A stretch of 64,000 nucleotides of DNA, taken from positions 672,001 through 736,000 of the forward strand of contig CAWBWI010000003.1 in the NCBI GenBank assembly GCA_963792585.1, in the 5' to 3' direction. This document shows positions 38,011 to 47,872 of the stretch, in pieces. The DNA is from Candidatus Eiseniibacteriota bacterium. GTDB lineage: Bacteria; Eisenbacteria; RBG-16-71-46; CAIMUX01; VGJL01. The notes under the pieces are model-generated. The model ran no database searches and was not told the origin of the DNA. It saw only the letters and a program-made list of their open reading frames with translations. Within the stretch, counting starts at the first letter, position 1. Each line of letters opens with the position of its first letter. A program made the translations under genes and the position numbers.

Positions 38011-41000
38011 TCACGTGGCATCCATGAGAATCCGCGCCTGGAGCGCGAGACCATCCGTGAGCAGACCCGTGCTGCCGATCCCGCGCGCGAGCGCGATCGC
38101 CTGGGTGAGCGACTCAGACGCGCGCTCTCGCTCCCCGACACGCCAGGCTCCTCTCGATAGCCCAAGTAGGGCGCGGCCGCGGTAATAGCCGTGGCCCGGC
38201 GTGACGAGGACTGCCAGTTCCTCGGTGAAGGACTGAACCGCGAGACGGCCCAGATCATCTGCAGTTCGGTCGGTGTCGGCCTGAAGCGCGGCGAGGCCTA
38301 CGTGATGAAGGTACCGGGCGGCTGCGAGGCGCTCCGCTAGTCTGCGGCCAACTTCGACCTGCCTGAGGAGGGAGTCGAGGCCCTCACGGTGCCGTCCCTC
38401 CGCCTGCGCCAGGAGGGCGGACGCGCGAGCCTCCGTCGTGAGAGAGTCGGGATCTGGACCGTGGACGCGTCCGCGGTATTCGTCGGCATGCTCCCGGGCG
38501 AAATCCCAGGCCTCGAGGTCGATGAGGATATCCATTCCGAATCTCAGGCATTGAGCTTGGAGCGAGTGCGGGGCCGAGCTCATGGCGTCCATCCAGGCCG
38601 CGTAGCACTCGCGGATCGCGGCGGACCCGGCGCCGCGGTTCAGGTGGCAGTACGCGAGGAGCAGCCGAAGTGGAATCGCCCGCATGGGCGCAAGCCGCAC
38701 GATGGACAGAGAGAGCAGGGCCTGCGCCTCCTGGAAGGCTGGCTCGATCCGGTCGAGGTCTGCCCAGGCGCAGGCGCGTCGAATCCGCAGGCCGACCCGC
38801 CTCGCCTGCGACATCCGGTGCCCAATCGTGCGAAGGAAGGAGTCGGTGCATTCTTCCGCGAGGCGGAAGGGGCCACCGTTCCCGTAGACGAGCGCGAGGT
38901 TGTGCCGCAGCTGAGCCCCGAGTTCCACGTCCCGGGCAGAATCCGCTGCGGTCCGGAGGAACTGGATTGCTTGGTCCGGAGACGACCCGAACTGGAGGAT
39001 CGCCAACAATTGAAGACTGAGCGCCTCGTAGTAACTCCCTGAACCCCGCAGACCCTCCACGGCTCGCTCGGCGTGCACCACGGCCCCCGCTGTGTCCCCG
39101 GCCGCCATGAGGTGCCGCGCTTCGAAGAAGTCGAGGATCCCGGTGGGAATCTCGGCGCCGGCGGTGAGCTCCCGGTGGTAACCGCGATACTCCCCTGACG
39201 CAGGCTGATCGGCGACTCGATCGATGAGGAGGAGGAGCGCCTCGGCCGAGGCCTCGGGATCCCCTCCCGAGGCGACCTGCTCGAGGAGCACGACCGCCCG
39301 CGGCGGATCCAGCGCGAGCAGACCGGCGCCGAGGATGAGCCGTGCGCGATCTCCACTCGTTGCGGCGTTGAGCCGATCAGCTAGCTCGTCCGCCGCATCA
39401 GCGATCGTGTCCGGATCGCCGCTTCGGCCCGTCGCATGCCCGACGAGCTCGAGGATGTCGCGCCACCCCCGCCGGTCGAAGGCGGCCATGAGGCCGGCAG
39501 CGAGAACCTGTGCTTCCCGTGACGGGTCTCCCACGCTTCGGGCCACCTCGCAGGCCTGCTTGACCAATTCGACGTCGTCCAGGTCCGGGGCGGCCCGCTC
39601 GTTCAACCACCGGTCGATCGAGGGCGCGAGAGGGTCGTCCACGATCGACAGCTCTCGCCGCAAGCGTCTCGTGACGAAACGGAGTCGGTCGGGGGCGACC
39701 CGCAAGAGGTAGCCCTGGTCGATGAGCGCGGGCAATCCAGATTCGCCGCCGAAGCGCGCGAGCAACTCCTCAGCCAGCTCTGCCGGGAATGCGTACCCCG
39801 CCCGCGCGCACCGCTGAAGCGGAATCAGAAGTTCTCCGGGAACCGCGGGAGTCGGATGGAGCGTTGTGGCGAGGACCGCGCGCATGGCGCGTGCCCCTGC
39901 GCCACTCTGTCTGAGCCTCCAGGCTGAACCCTCCTCCGAACCCATGGAGCGCACGTACGCATCGAAGCCTCGTGCTGCGTCCCCAAGGTCACCCTCCGTG
40001 TCGTCGAGTAGCGGGCGCACGAGCGCCTCGCCTCCGGCGTCCAAGGACCCGAGTGCAGTGACCACGAGTTCGCGATAGCTCTCCTCCGAGAGCGGCGAAA
40101 GATAGACGGAGGTCGTCCGCGCTCCATTGCGAAGGCTCATCACACGCTCACGGATCGTCTGCGGGAGCCAGGAAACCGACGGGGACGGGTCGGGCACGCC
40201 ACACAGGATTGTGATGGACGAAGCATCGTGCTTCCCGAGAAACCTGGTCGCAAGCTCCAACCCCGAGCTCGGCAGGTTGCCAAGATCCACGACACGCGCG
40301 GGCGGGCCGCCGGCCGCGACGTGGGCGATCAGGGCTTCGAGGAGGAAGCGCGTCAGCCCGGTGCCTGGACGCGCCTGGATGAGGATGGTGATCGGATCGG
40401 CGGTCGCGGTGCTCTGGACGACGGTCGCGAGGTCTGAGCTCCGGCCACGCATTGGACCGGCGGGAAAGCGCGGAAACCGAGCGGTCGAGGGCGCCAGGTT
40501 GAACGCGCGGGCGATCGCATCGCGGGCCGCAACTGCACTTGGATAGCGGTCCGCGGGGATCGGCGCGATAAGCTTCTCGAGAATGGTCCGCCAAGCGGAA
40601 TCCGACTCGAGAGCGGGGAAGCACGCGCGGAGGACGCGGCCGAGAGAGAAGAGATCCGCACGGCCGTCGGCGAACCATCCGCGCTGAACCTCCGGGGCAA
40701 TGTACCGCGCCGTACCCCCGCGCTCAGCGACGGGTGAGTCGGCGAATCGGTCGAAAGCGAAGCCGAAGTCCAAGAGGTGAACAAGACCGACGGTCCCGTC
40801 AGTGGGAACAAAAATGTTGTCGGGCCTGATGTCGCTGTGGATCCATCCGATGCGGTGAACCTGCGCGAGCGCCTGGCAGATCTCGTTCGCAACCCGCGGG
40901 ACTTCGAGCGGAACAGCGTGGCGGACGCAATCCGCGAGCGTTCCCCCCTCCAGGCGCTCGAGAACGAGCGTGAGGCTCTCGCGGCCGTGCCAGATGAGGT

Positions 41001-41196
41001 CGATGAGCCGGGGCGCAACACCCGGCGGCAACCGGAGAAGACAAGTTGCTTCCTGGAGCGCTGCGCGGACGGGCGCCTGCTTCAGAACGACCGGTCGAGC
41101 GCACCACTCGTCATGGGCAAAGTCGACCGTCCGGCCTCTGAATCGCGAGAGCTGCCGTTCGCGTCTGTATCGGGGATCCCTCATCGGCCCCATCAT
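38011..41196 (-). CDS. Hanks-type Ser/Thr protein kinase fused to a degenerate NTPase and TPR-like repeats
   Basis: VVLK, HSDIRPDN, DFG, YIAPE, DLFSLG. Degenerate P-loop ARPGTGLT. Long helical repeat C-terminus. Confidence 0.85.
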   Translation of the reverse strand: MMGPMRDPRYRRERQLSRFRGRTVDFAHDEWCARPVVLKQAPVRAALQEATCLLRLPPGVAPRLIDLIWHGRESLTLVLERLEGGTLADCVRHAVPLEVPRVANEICQALAQVHRIGWIHSDIRPDNIFVPTDGTVGLVHLLDFGFAFDRFADSPVAERGGTARYIAPEVQRGWFADGRADLFSLGRVLRACFPALESDSAWRTILEKLIAPIPADRYPSAVAARDAIARAFNLAPSTARFPRFPAGPMRGRSSDLATVVQSTATADPITILIQARPGTGLTRFLLEALIAHVAAGGPPARVVDLGNLPSSGLELATRFLGKHDASSITILCGVPDPSPSVSWLPQTIRERVMSLRNGARTTSVYLSPLSEESYRELVVTALGSLDAGGEALVRPLLDDTEGDLGDAARGFDAYVRSMGSEEGSAWRLRQSGAGARAMRAVLATTLHPTPAVPGELLIPLQRCARAGYAFPAELAEELLARFGGESGLPALIDQGYLLRVAPDRLRFVTRRLRRELSIVDDPLAPSIDRWLNERAAPDLDDVELVKQACEVARSVGDPSREAQVLAAGLMAAFDRRGWRDILELVGHATGRSGDPDTIADAADELADRLNAATSGDRARLILGAGLLALDPPRAVVLLEQVASGGDPEASAEALLLLIDRVADQPASGEYRGYHRELTAGAEIPTGILDFFEARHLMAAGDTAGAVVHAERAVEGLRGSGSYYEALSLQLLAILQFGSSPDQAIQFLRTAADSARDVELGAQLRHNLALVYGNGGPFRLAEECTDSFLRTIGHRMSQARRVGLRIRRACAWADLDRIEPAFQEAQALLSLSIVRLAPMRAIPLRLLLAYCHLNRGAGSAAIRECYAAWMDAMSSAPHSLQAQCLRFGMDILIDLEAWDFAREHADEYRGRVHGPDPDSLTTEARASALLAQAEGRHREGLDSLLRQVEVGRRLAERLAAARYLHHVGLAALQADTDRTADDLGRLAVQSFTEELAVLVTPGHGYYRGRALLGLSRGAWRVGERERASESLTQAIALARGIGSTGLLTDGLALQARILMDAT

Positions 41197-41461
41197 CCCC
41201 GGCTACCGGGGACCCGCACACCGCTTTCCCATTCCCCTGACAGCGGGTCCCATCCCATACCCTGTGCCTCTAGGGGGAATCGCCGCCCCCGCACGCATCG
41301 TACAGTCGACCAAAGCGTTGGAACGAGTCAGCCAGCGCCGTGAGCTTCATCCGGGCGTTCATTTTGGTGCAGATCAGTCCTTGATAGCAACATGGAAATT
41401 TCGGCATACTGGTGCTCCTGAAACCCTGGGCGCCGTTGGCCGGCGCCAGCGAGGAGGAACC

Positions 41462-43120
41462 ATGAAGACGCGCGACCGCGAGGGCAGCGAGACGGGCGCG
41501 GCCCGTCGCGCCAAGCTCGATCAGACAGCCGGAGAGCTGGCCATCCTCGCGGCCGACCGCGCGAGCGCGGGTGACGTTTCCGCCAGGCAGGCTACGACGG
41601 TCGTGGAAGAGGCGGCGACCTGGGCCGGGAGGCAGGAATTCCTGGCCTTCCAGGGGTTGGTGACGGCCGTGACGGCCCACCTCGATCTGCACGGGCTTCT
41701 GAAGTCAATCCTCGACGAAGCGGTTCGGGCGGCCAGCGCCGAACGCGGCCTGCTTTTCCTCGGCCGTCAGGATTCCGGCGGCATGGTTCCCGTCCTCGCG
41801 GTCAACCTGCGCGGTCAGGGGCTCGAAACAGCGGAGCGGGTCAGCCGGACGATCCTTGCGGGTGCCCAAGCCGGCCAACTCATCCTCACCCAGGATGCAC
41901 TCGCGGATCCGCGATTCATGGATGAGCCGAGCATTCAAGCGAACCGGATGCGGTCGATCCTCTGCACGCCGCTCGTCTCACCGACCGGCCAGGTCGGTGC
42001 ACTCTACCTCGACTCGAAGGCGGCCGGCGGCTTTCCCAGCGGCACGCCGGACGTGGTCCAGGCTTTCTCCCGCGTGGCGGGGACCGCCCTGGAGCGCGCC
42101 CAGGTCCACGGGGAGCTCCTCCGAGAGAATGCGCGGCTACGGGCGGGGGCTGGATCGCCGGACCCGCTAGACCGGTTGGTCGGAACGTCAGAGCGGATCG
42201 AGTCGGCGCGCAGGCAGGCCCGCATCGCGGCACTCATGGCCGCTCCCGTCCTGATCGTCGGCGAGCCGGGGACCGGCAAGCGGCTCCTCGCGGGCATCCT
42301 GCACGACCTGTCGAAGCGGTCCCACGCCACCTTCATCGGCTGCGACTGCGCCACGATCCCCGGGCAGTTGCTGAGCGGCGCGGTGCTCGGCCGGATGGGG
42401 ACCGCGGTCAAGAACTCAGGGAGCGAGGAGCGTGGCTGGATCGCCGAAGCGGACCGGGGGACACTCTACTTGGCCGGCGCGGAGGCGATCGGCCAGGACC
42501 TGGGGCTCGCCCTCGCCCGCGTCGCGGAACGAGGCGCGTACCGCCCGGTCGGAGGCCGGAAGGAACGGCCCGCTGATGTACGGCTCCTGCTCGGAATCCG
42601 GCCCATTCCGGTAGGCGCGGGGGGCTCGCTCCCCCTTCCGGCGTCGCTCACCTCGATCCTGCCGGAATTCCACCTCGTCCTTCCCGCGCTGCGGGAGCGG
42701 CCAGAGGACATCCCGGCCCTCGTGGGCCACTGGACGCGCGTCGTCATGGACGGCACCGCGGAATCGGGCAAGATCACCTTCACCCTGCAGGCGCTTGCGA
42801 CCCTGCAGGAGCAGTCTTGGCCCGGGAACGTGCGCGAGCTCCGCCAGGTTCTCCACCGGGCGCTGCTCACCCGGCGCTCGGACGTCATCGACCACGATCA
42901 CGTCCGTCGCGTGCTCGCGGCCGGATCCAAGGCAGAAGATTCGACCTATGGTCCGTGGTCCGGGAGTATTCGGACCCTACAGGAGTGGGAGGACGAGGCG
43001 ATTCGGCAGGCGCTCTGGCAAACACATGACAATAAGGCGGAAGCGGCCAGGCTCCTCGGGATTCACCGCAACACACTCATCCGGAAGCTCAGCGGCACCG
43101 ATCGCACGGAAGCCCAGTAG
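41462..43120 (+). CDS. Atypical sigma-54 activator-like regulator (GAF-AAA+-Fis HTH) with degenerate motifs
   Basis: GAF domain, GEPGTGK, WPGNVREL and NKAEAARLLGI are present, but GAFTGA is replaced by GRMGTA and Walker B reads TLYLAGAE. Confidence 0.85.
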   Translation: MKTRDREGSETGAARRAKLDQTAGELAILAADRASAGDVSARQATTVVEEAATWAGRQEFLAFQGLVTAVTAHLDLHGLLKSILDEAVRAASAERGLLFLGRQDSGGMVPVLAVNLRGQGLETAERVSRTILAGAQAGQLILTQDALADPRFMDEPSIQANRMRSILCTPLVSPTGQVGALYLDSKAAGGFPSGTPDVVQAFSRVAGTALERAQVHGELLRENARLRAGAGSPDPLDRLVGTSERIESARRQARIAALMAAPVLIVGEPGTGKRLLAGILHDLSKRSHATFIGCDCATIPGQLLSGAVLGRMGTAVKNSGSEERGWIAEADRGTLYLAGAEAIGQDLGLALARVAERGAYRPVGGRKERPADVRLLLGIRPIPVGAGGSLPLPASLTSILPEFHLVLPALRERPEDIPALVGHWTRVVMDGTAESGKITFTLQALATLQEQSWPGNVRELRQVLHRALLTRRSDVIDHDHVRRVLAAGSKAEDSTYGPWSGSIRTLQEWEDEAIRQALWQTHDNKAEAARLLGIHRNTLIRKLSGTDRTEAQ

Positions 43121-43213
43121 CATGTTGGATCCTCGTGCAACACCGGATTTGGCATTGCTCATCGTGTTGACGATAGAAACCGAGGTGGCGACACGCCATG
43201 AGGAGTAGTTCCC

Positions 43214-43981
43214 TTGATCGAAGAACCCACGGATTCGTTTTCCCCTCCTAATAGCCATGGGGCGCAGGATTCGGAGAGAGGACACTTGTGGCGCTGCTCC
43301 TGTGGGCGGACGCATGAGGATTCGTTCGATGCGTGCTGGTCTTGTGGACGTGAGAGGGGTGCGGCCCGTGAAGCCGTCGCCGTCCTAGCTGATCCGCCAT
43401 CGGAGGTCGGTGAACCGACCCATCGTGCCGAGAGCGTCGCACGTCCCGCCAGCCGACCACGTTCCGGCCGGACGGTCACGATTAAGGACGAAGCGATCCT
43501 CGACCAGTGGTCGGTCATCGTCGACAGCGCAGCCTCGCACGTGGACGAGGTGCTGAACGGCATCCAAGACCGGCTCGGTGACGCGGACATTCCCGGAAAC
43601 TGCACCTGGGACGTCGATGAAGTGAAGAGCTCGGGGTGGTTCTCCAAGGTTCGCCGGGAATTCCTCATCGTGCGGCTCGCGCAGTTCAGCGACTACCGGA
43701 TCTACATCGCCGCGCGAGAGTACGGCATCCACCTCGACGTGTGCTGGTTCCTCGCCGTGGAGCCTGGATTCTTCAAGCAGGCAGTCTCGGACAGCCTCAC
43801 CAACGGCGACTGGCAGGCGCTTTCGCGTCCGAAGAACATCCTCGTCGAGCAGGATCTCCGCGCGTGGGTGACTGTCGTCCATCATGCCGTGAAGGACTCG
43901 GTCGAGAGCCTCATGGAAGAACTCGGTCAGGACAAGGGTCTGCTCAAGCGTGAGAGCAAAGGTTTCTTGTCGGTGTGGTAG
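43214..43981 (+). CDS. Hypothetical protein with an N-terminal zinc ribbon
   Basis: WRCSCG...FDACWSCG followed by a globular alpha/beta domain. SD GAGGAG before the TTG. Confidence 0.7.
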   Translation: MIEEPTDSFSPPNSHGAQDSERGHLWRCSCGRTHEDSFDACWSCGRERGAAREAVAVLADPPSEVGEPTHRAESVARPASRPRSGRTVTIKDEAILDQWSVIVDSAASHVDEVLNGIQDRLGDADIPGNCTWDVDEVKSSGWFSKVRREFLIVRLAQFSDYRIYIAAREYGIHLDVCWFLAVEPGFFKQAVSDSLTNGDWQALSRPKNILVEQDLRAWVTVVHHAVKDSVESLMEELGQDKGLLKRESKGFLSVW

Positions 43982-44011
43982 TTGAGGCCGCACAACCTGG
44001 GGGGCGCTCCG

Positions 44012-45106
44012 ATGTTCATGAGCTGGCTAGCAAGAGCGCTTGCGGTGGTGGCCATCTGCCTCGGAGCCACATCCTCGCGGGCCGAAGTCAGGAGTTTCGA
44101 AACCCGCTTCCACGACGGCACCCTCTACGTCGATGTAACCGCACCACACGAGGTCGGTGCCGGCAGCCCGTTCAATCTCAACTGCTACATCGCGAACGAT
44201 ACCGACTACTGGATGGTGCTGACCGTGACATGGGTGGGCGTCCCAGACCTTGAGTCACTCTCCCCCTGGGTTGTCCGGCTCCGGGCCGGAGAGAGCGACG
44301 CGAACGGCTCCTGGGCAGGACCGGAGGTCCAGGTCAACACGCCTGGTGCGTACTCTCTGACGTGCCGCGTCGCGATCCAGTTCGAGGACAAAGAAACGGG
44401 CGAGCTCAGGAATCGTGGCGGGTACACCTACGATTTCGGGTCTCTTCGAGTCTCGGGAGGCGCACCTGGAAGTTCGCCTGACTCACCACAGTGGCTCCCC
44501 CGGGAGCGGGAGGTCCGCGTCGACGGCCAAACGGTCGTCTTCAGCTCCAATGCCGTGCAGGACGAATCCGGGGGCTTCGTCTTCTGGTCTGGATTCCTCG
44601 TGAAGGCAGTAGAAGAGGTGCTGCCGTTCTACCTCGGCTTCGATTCCAGAACGGGCAACGCATATGTTGCCATTGCCCACCAGTACGCCCGCTTTGACAT
44701 CTTCTCCGTCAGCCTGACGGCGCGGGCGGATCTCGCGGCACAGTGGGCCGGACTCGTCGTTGGCGTCGAGGCCCGCGCGCTCGGGGTACCACTTCGCGTC
44801 GAAGTGCCGGCGACGGAGATCCTCTCGACGTTTGGGGGCCTGGCCAACGTGACGCTGTGTGAAGGGACCCAGGTCCTCTCGAACGTCATCGGGGGGACTA
44901 TTCACGCCGCCGGTGATCTCAGCGAAGCGGCGTGCGAGTACCTACAGCGGGTCACTTCCGATGCCGCGCTCGTCGTGGGACAGGGTTGTGAGGGCGCCGT
45001 CGGCGGGTTCTGTGCCGCGGGCGGTCAAGCCGTGCAGGGAGCGCTGGATGGGTGCGCTCGCGCTTTGAACGACGCCTCAGCGGCGCTCTTTGGTAGGTGG
45101 TGGTGA
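44012..45106 (+). CDS. Secreted hypothetical protein
   Basis: Signal peptide ending SRA, Ig-like N-terminal half, Gly/Ala/Cys-rich helical C-terminus. Confidence 0.65.
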   Translation: MFMSWLARALAVVAICLGATSSRAEVRSFETRFHDGTLYVDVTAPHEVGAGSPFNLNCYIANDTDYWMVLTVTWVGVPDLESLSPWVVRLRAGESDANGSWAGPEVQVNTPGAYSLTCRVAIQFEDKETGELRNRGGYTYDFGSLRVSGGAPGSSPDSPQWLPREREVRVDGQTVVFSSNAVQDESGGFVFWSGFLVKAVEEVLPFYLGFDSRTGNAYVAIAHQYARFDIFSVSLTARADLAAQWAGLVVGVEARALGVPLRVEVPATEILSTFGGLANVTLCEGTQVLSNVIGGTIHAAGDLSEAACEYLQRVTSDAALVVGQGCEGAVGGFCAAGGQAVQGALDGCARALNDASAALFGRWW

Positions 45107-45163
45107 AGCCGGCTATCGGTTTCGACCGGGAGCGTTAGGTCATGATCCGTAACCACGACGCTC

Positions 45164-45457
45164 ATGCGACGACTCTTCGGGGTGATGCTCTGCCTGTTCC
45201 TTCTGCCGGTCCTCGGGACCGCGCGGGTTCTTTGGTCCGTTCTCCGTGCCGCGGTATGGCGTCCACGGAGCCTCTTGATGTTCGGCGGTCTGGTCCTGGC
45301 CGTGCGTTCGACCGACACGACAACGCTCTTCGCTCCAAACGGGGTCGGGCCCCTCGGGCACATGATTCCGTACGGCGTGGGCTTGATCGGGTTCGTCGTT
45401 CTCTGGTTCGGGCTTCGATCGCGCGAGTTTCGAGTGCTCTGGCGGCGGCTGTCTTAG
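45164..45457 (+). CDS. Small membrane protein
   Basis: 97 aa with 2-3 hydrophobic segments, co-directional with neighbours. Weak support. Confidence 0.4.
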   Translation: MRRLFGVMLCLFLLPVLGTARVLWSVLRAAVWRPRSLLMFGGLVLAVRSTDTTTLFAPNGVGPLGHMIPYGVGLIGFVVLWFGLRSREFRVLWRRLS

Positions 45458-45613
45458 CGGGTGACTGGATCGGAGAGACGCACGGACCGTGGATGCGGGC
45501 GACGGAGACCAGGCGGCATCGTCTTTGGAGCGCCGTCCCTGACACCTTGGAGGCGATCAGGGTTTGGCGCCTCCCGGCCGAGTTTTCTGTGCGGCAGTCT
45601 TAGGTAACCAAGC

Positions 45614-47845
45614 ATGGAAGGTCTCGTCGTCCTCGGACTTGTCGCGCTCGGCATCGGGGCCTGGATCGTGCGAGGAATCTCCCGGTCGGGTCAGGAGGCC
45701 GAGGCACGGTCCGCCCGCGAGGACGCCCGCGCCGAGGAACGCCGCGTCAAGCAGTGCGGCGAGGTCGTCCGCTTCTTCGCGAATCACCTTGGGTACCTCG
45801 CCCGCGAGCGCGTCTCCCGTGAGGACCTCGCGACCTGGATCGATGCCGGCGTGACGGCCGATGAACTGGCGGATCGGCTGTGGATCGCCTGCGGCGAGAC
45901 CAAAGGAGTCCTGCTCGGCGAGCATCCGCTCGGTGACACCCGCCTGCCCGTCGTCCTCCCCGATGCACTCCGCTCTCGGCACATGTATGTCATCGGGAAG
46001 TCGGGATCGGGCAAGACGACGCTCCTCCGGAACCTCATCCTCCAGGATCTCGACGCGGGCCGAGGCCTCGCCGTGCTGGCCCCAGAAGCGGAGATGCTCC
46101 GCGATGAACTCCTGCCCTTCATCCCCGAGCATCGCTGGAACGACTTGATCTACGTCGATCCCGCTGACACCGAGCGGCCAATCCCGTTCAATCCGCTTCA
46201 CATGGAAGCAGGCGAAGACCTCGACCTCAAGGCGGACGAGACCTTCACCATCTTCCAGCGCGTGTACCAGGACGAAGGCGGAGGCGGAGCCCCGCGCATG
46301 GAGCAGATCCTCCGCCAGGGCCTGTACTTGCTCATGCAGATTCCGGGAACGACGCTCCTCGACTTCGAGCGCTTGCTCGATCGCCAGGACGATTCGTTCC
46401 GTCGGTGGGCCGTCGCACAGGTGAACGATCCCGAGATCGAACGCTTCTGGCTCCACACCTACTCCGCGTACCCCAAGGACGCCCACCTCCCGCTCGTGAG
46501 CCGGTTGGGTCGCTTCCTCCGTCCCAGGGTGGTCCGAAGCCTCCTCTGCGCACCCGGGTGCTTGAACGTCCGGCAGGCGATGGACGAGGGCAAGGTCCTC
46601 CTCTTCAACCTGTCAGACGGGTTGCTGGGAGCAACGAACGCGGAACTCTTGGGCCAGCTTGTCGTGGCCAAGCTCCAGATGGCGGCCATGAGTCGAGCCA
46701 ATGCGCCGAAAGAAGCGCGCCGCCCCTTCTCCGTCTACCTGGATGAGTTCCAGACCTTCTGCGGCGTGGCCGCAACGTCGTACGAGCGCATCCTGTCGAG
46801 GGCCCGGAAGTACAATCTGAGCTTGATCCTCGCCCACCAGCAGACCGGCCAAATCCCCGAACAGCTCATGCGCGAAATCCTGGGGAACGTGGCCACGGTC
46901 GTCTGCTTTTCCGTGAGTGCCTCCGATGCGAAGCGCTTGGGCCGCGAGTTGGTCGGCGAGGTCGACGGCGAAGCGATCGCCCTCGACCCCAAGGAGCTGC
47001 TGTCGCTCCGGGTCGGAGAAGCCTGGTGCCGAATCTCCCGCAACGTGTTTTTCCTGCGCACCCGGAACGCTCCCGAGGATGGATCGGCCCGGGTCCGGGA
47101 GGAGGCCGTCCGTCGGTCGCGCCTTCGGCATGGCGTCGAGCACACGGAGCCGATTGCGATTCTCGCGCCGGTCGCAGCTCGGCACACGGAAACGCAACCC
47201 GAGTCGATCGCCACAACAAACAATGCCCCATTGCCCGCCCATGCCAGCGCCATCCCGGAGATCGTCACGAAGGTCGGTCGGTCATTGCGGAAAGTCTCCC
47301 GTCCTGTTACAGCCGAGGAGATTCCGTCGTCGCCGGGCCGTGGTGGCGGACAGCACAAGTACCTCCAGGAACTCATCAAGCGCTGGGCCCAGTCGAGAGA
47401 GTGGCGAGCCACGATCGAGGAGTCCATCCTCGACGGGCTCGGCAGCGTGGACGTCGCGTTGCGGAAGGGCGATCAGGCCGTCGCCTGCGAGATCTCCGTC
47501 ACGACCACGCCAGATCACGAAGTCGGGAACATCCAGAAGTGCCTCGCGGCCGGATTCGGCCGCGTCGTGTTCGTATCGTCGGAGAAGAAGACGCTGAAGA
47601 GCGTGCGGCAGCAGGCGGTCACTGAACTCTCGGAAACAGAGTTGGAGCGCGTGCAGTTCGGCACTCCCGACGAGGCGTTCGAGATCCTTGAACAGATCGA
47701 GGCGGAATCGGCGACCTCCTCTGGAACGGTTCGGGGATATGCCGTGAAGGTGAAGTACAGGGCTGTGGATCAGGGGGAAAAGAGCGCGAAGCGGGAGGCG
47801 GTGACGAGCGTAATCGCGAAGGCAATGAAGCGCCTGAGAAAGTAG
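45614..47845 (+). CDS. VirD4/TraD-like coupling ATPase (FtsK-HerA superfamily) with a C-terminal PD-(D/E)xK-like domain
   Basis: N-terminal TM, HMYVIGKSGSGKT, FNPL, YLDEFQ, RARKYNLSLILAHQ. C-terminal HKYLQ...EE...VDVAL...ACEI. Confidence 0.85.
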   Translation: MEGLVVLGLVALGIGAWIVRGISRSGQEAEARSAREDARAEERRVKQCGEVVRFFANHLGYLARERVSREDLATWIDAGVTADELADRLWIACGETKGVLLGEHPLGDTRLPVVLPDALRSRHMYVIGKSGSGKTTLLRNLILQDLDAGRGLAVLAPEAEMLRDELLPFIPEHRWNDLIYVDPADTERPIPFNPLHMEAGEDLDLKADETFTIFQRVYQDEGGGGAPRMEQILRQGLYLLMQIPGTTLLDFERLLDRQDDSFRRWAVAQVNDPEIERFWLHTYSAYPKDAHLPLVSRLGRFLRPRVVRSLLCAPGCLNVRQAMDEGKVLLFNLSDGLLGATNAELLGQLVVAKLQMAAMSRANAPKEARRPFSVYLDEFQTFCGVAATSYERILSRARKYNLSLILAHQQTGQIPEQLMREILGNVATVVCFSVSASDAKRLGRELVGEVDGEAIALDPKELLSLRVGEAWCRISRNVFFLRTRNAPEDGSARVREEAVRRSRLRHGVEHTEPIAILAPVAARHTETQPESIATTNNAPLPAHASAIPEIVTKVGRSLRKVSRPVTAEEIPSSPGRGGGQHKYLQELIKRWAQSREWRATIEESILDGLGSVDVALRKGDQAVACEISVTTTPDHEVGNIQKCLAAGFGRVVFVSSEKKTLKSVRQQAVTELSETELERVQFGTPDEAFEILEQIEAESATSSGTVRGYAVKVKYRAVDQGEKSAKREAVTSVIAKAMKRLRK

Positions 47846-47872
47846 GGATTGACCGAGGAATGGGGGGGCCGC

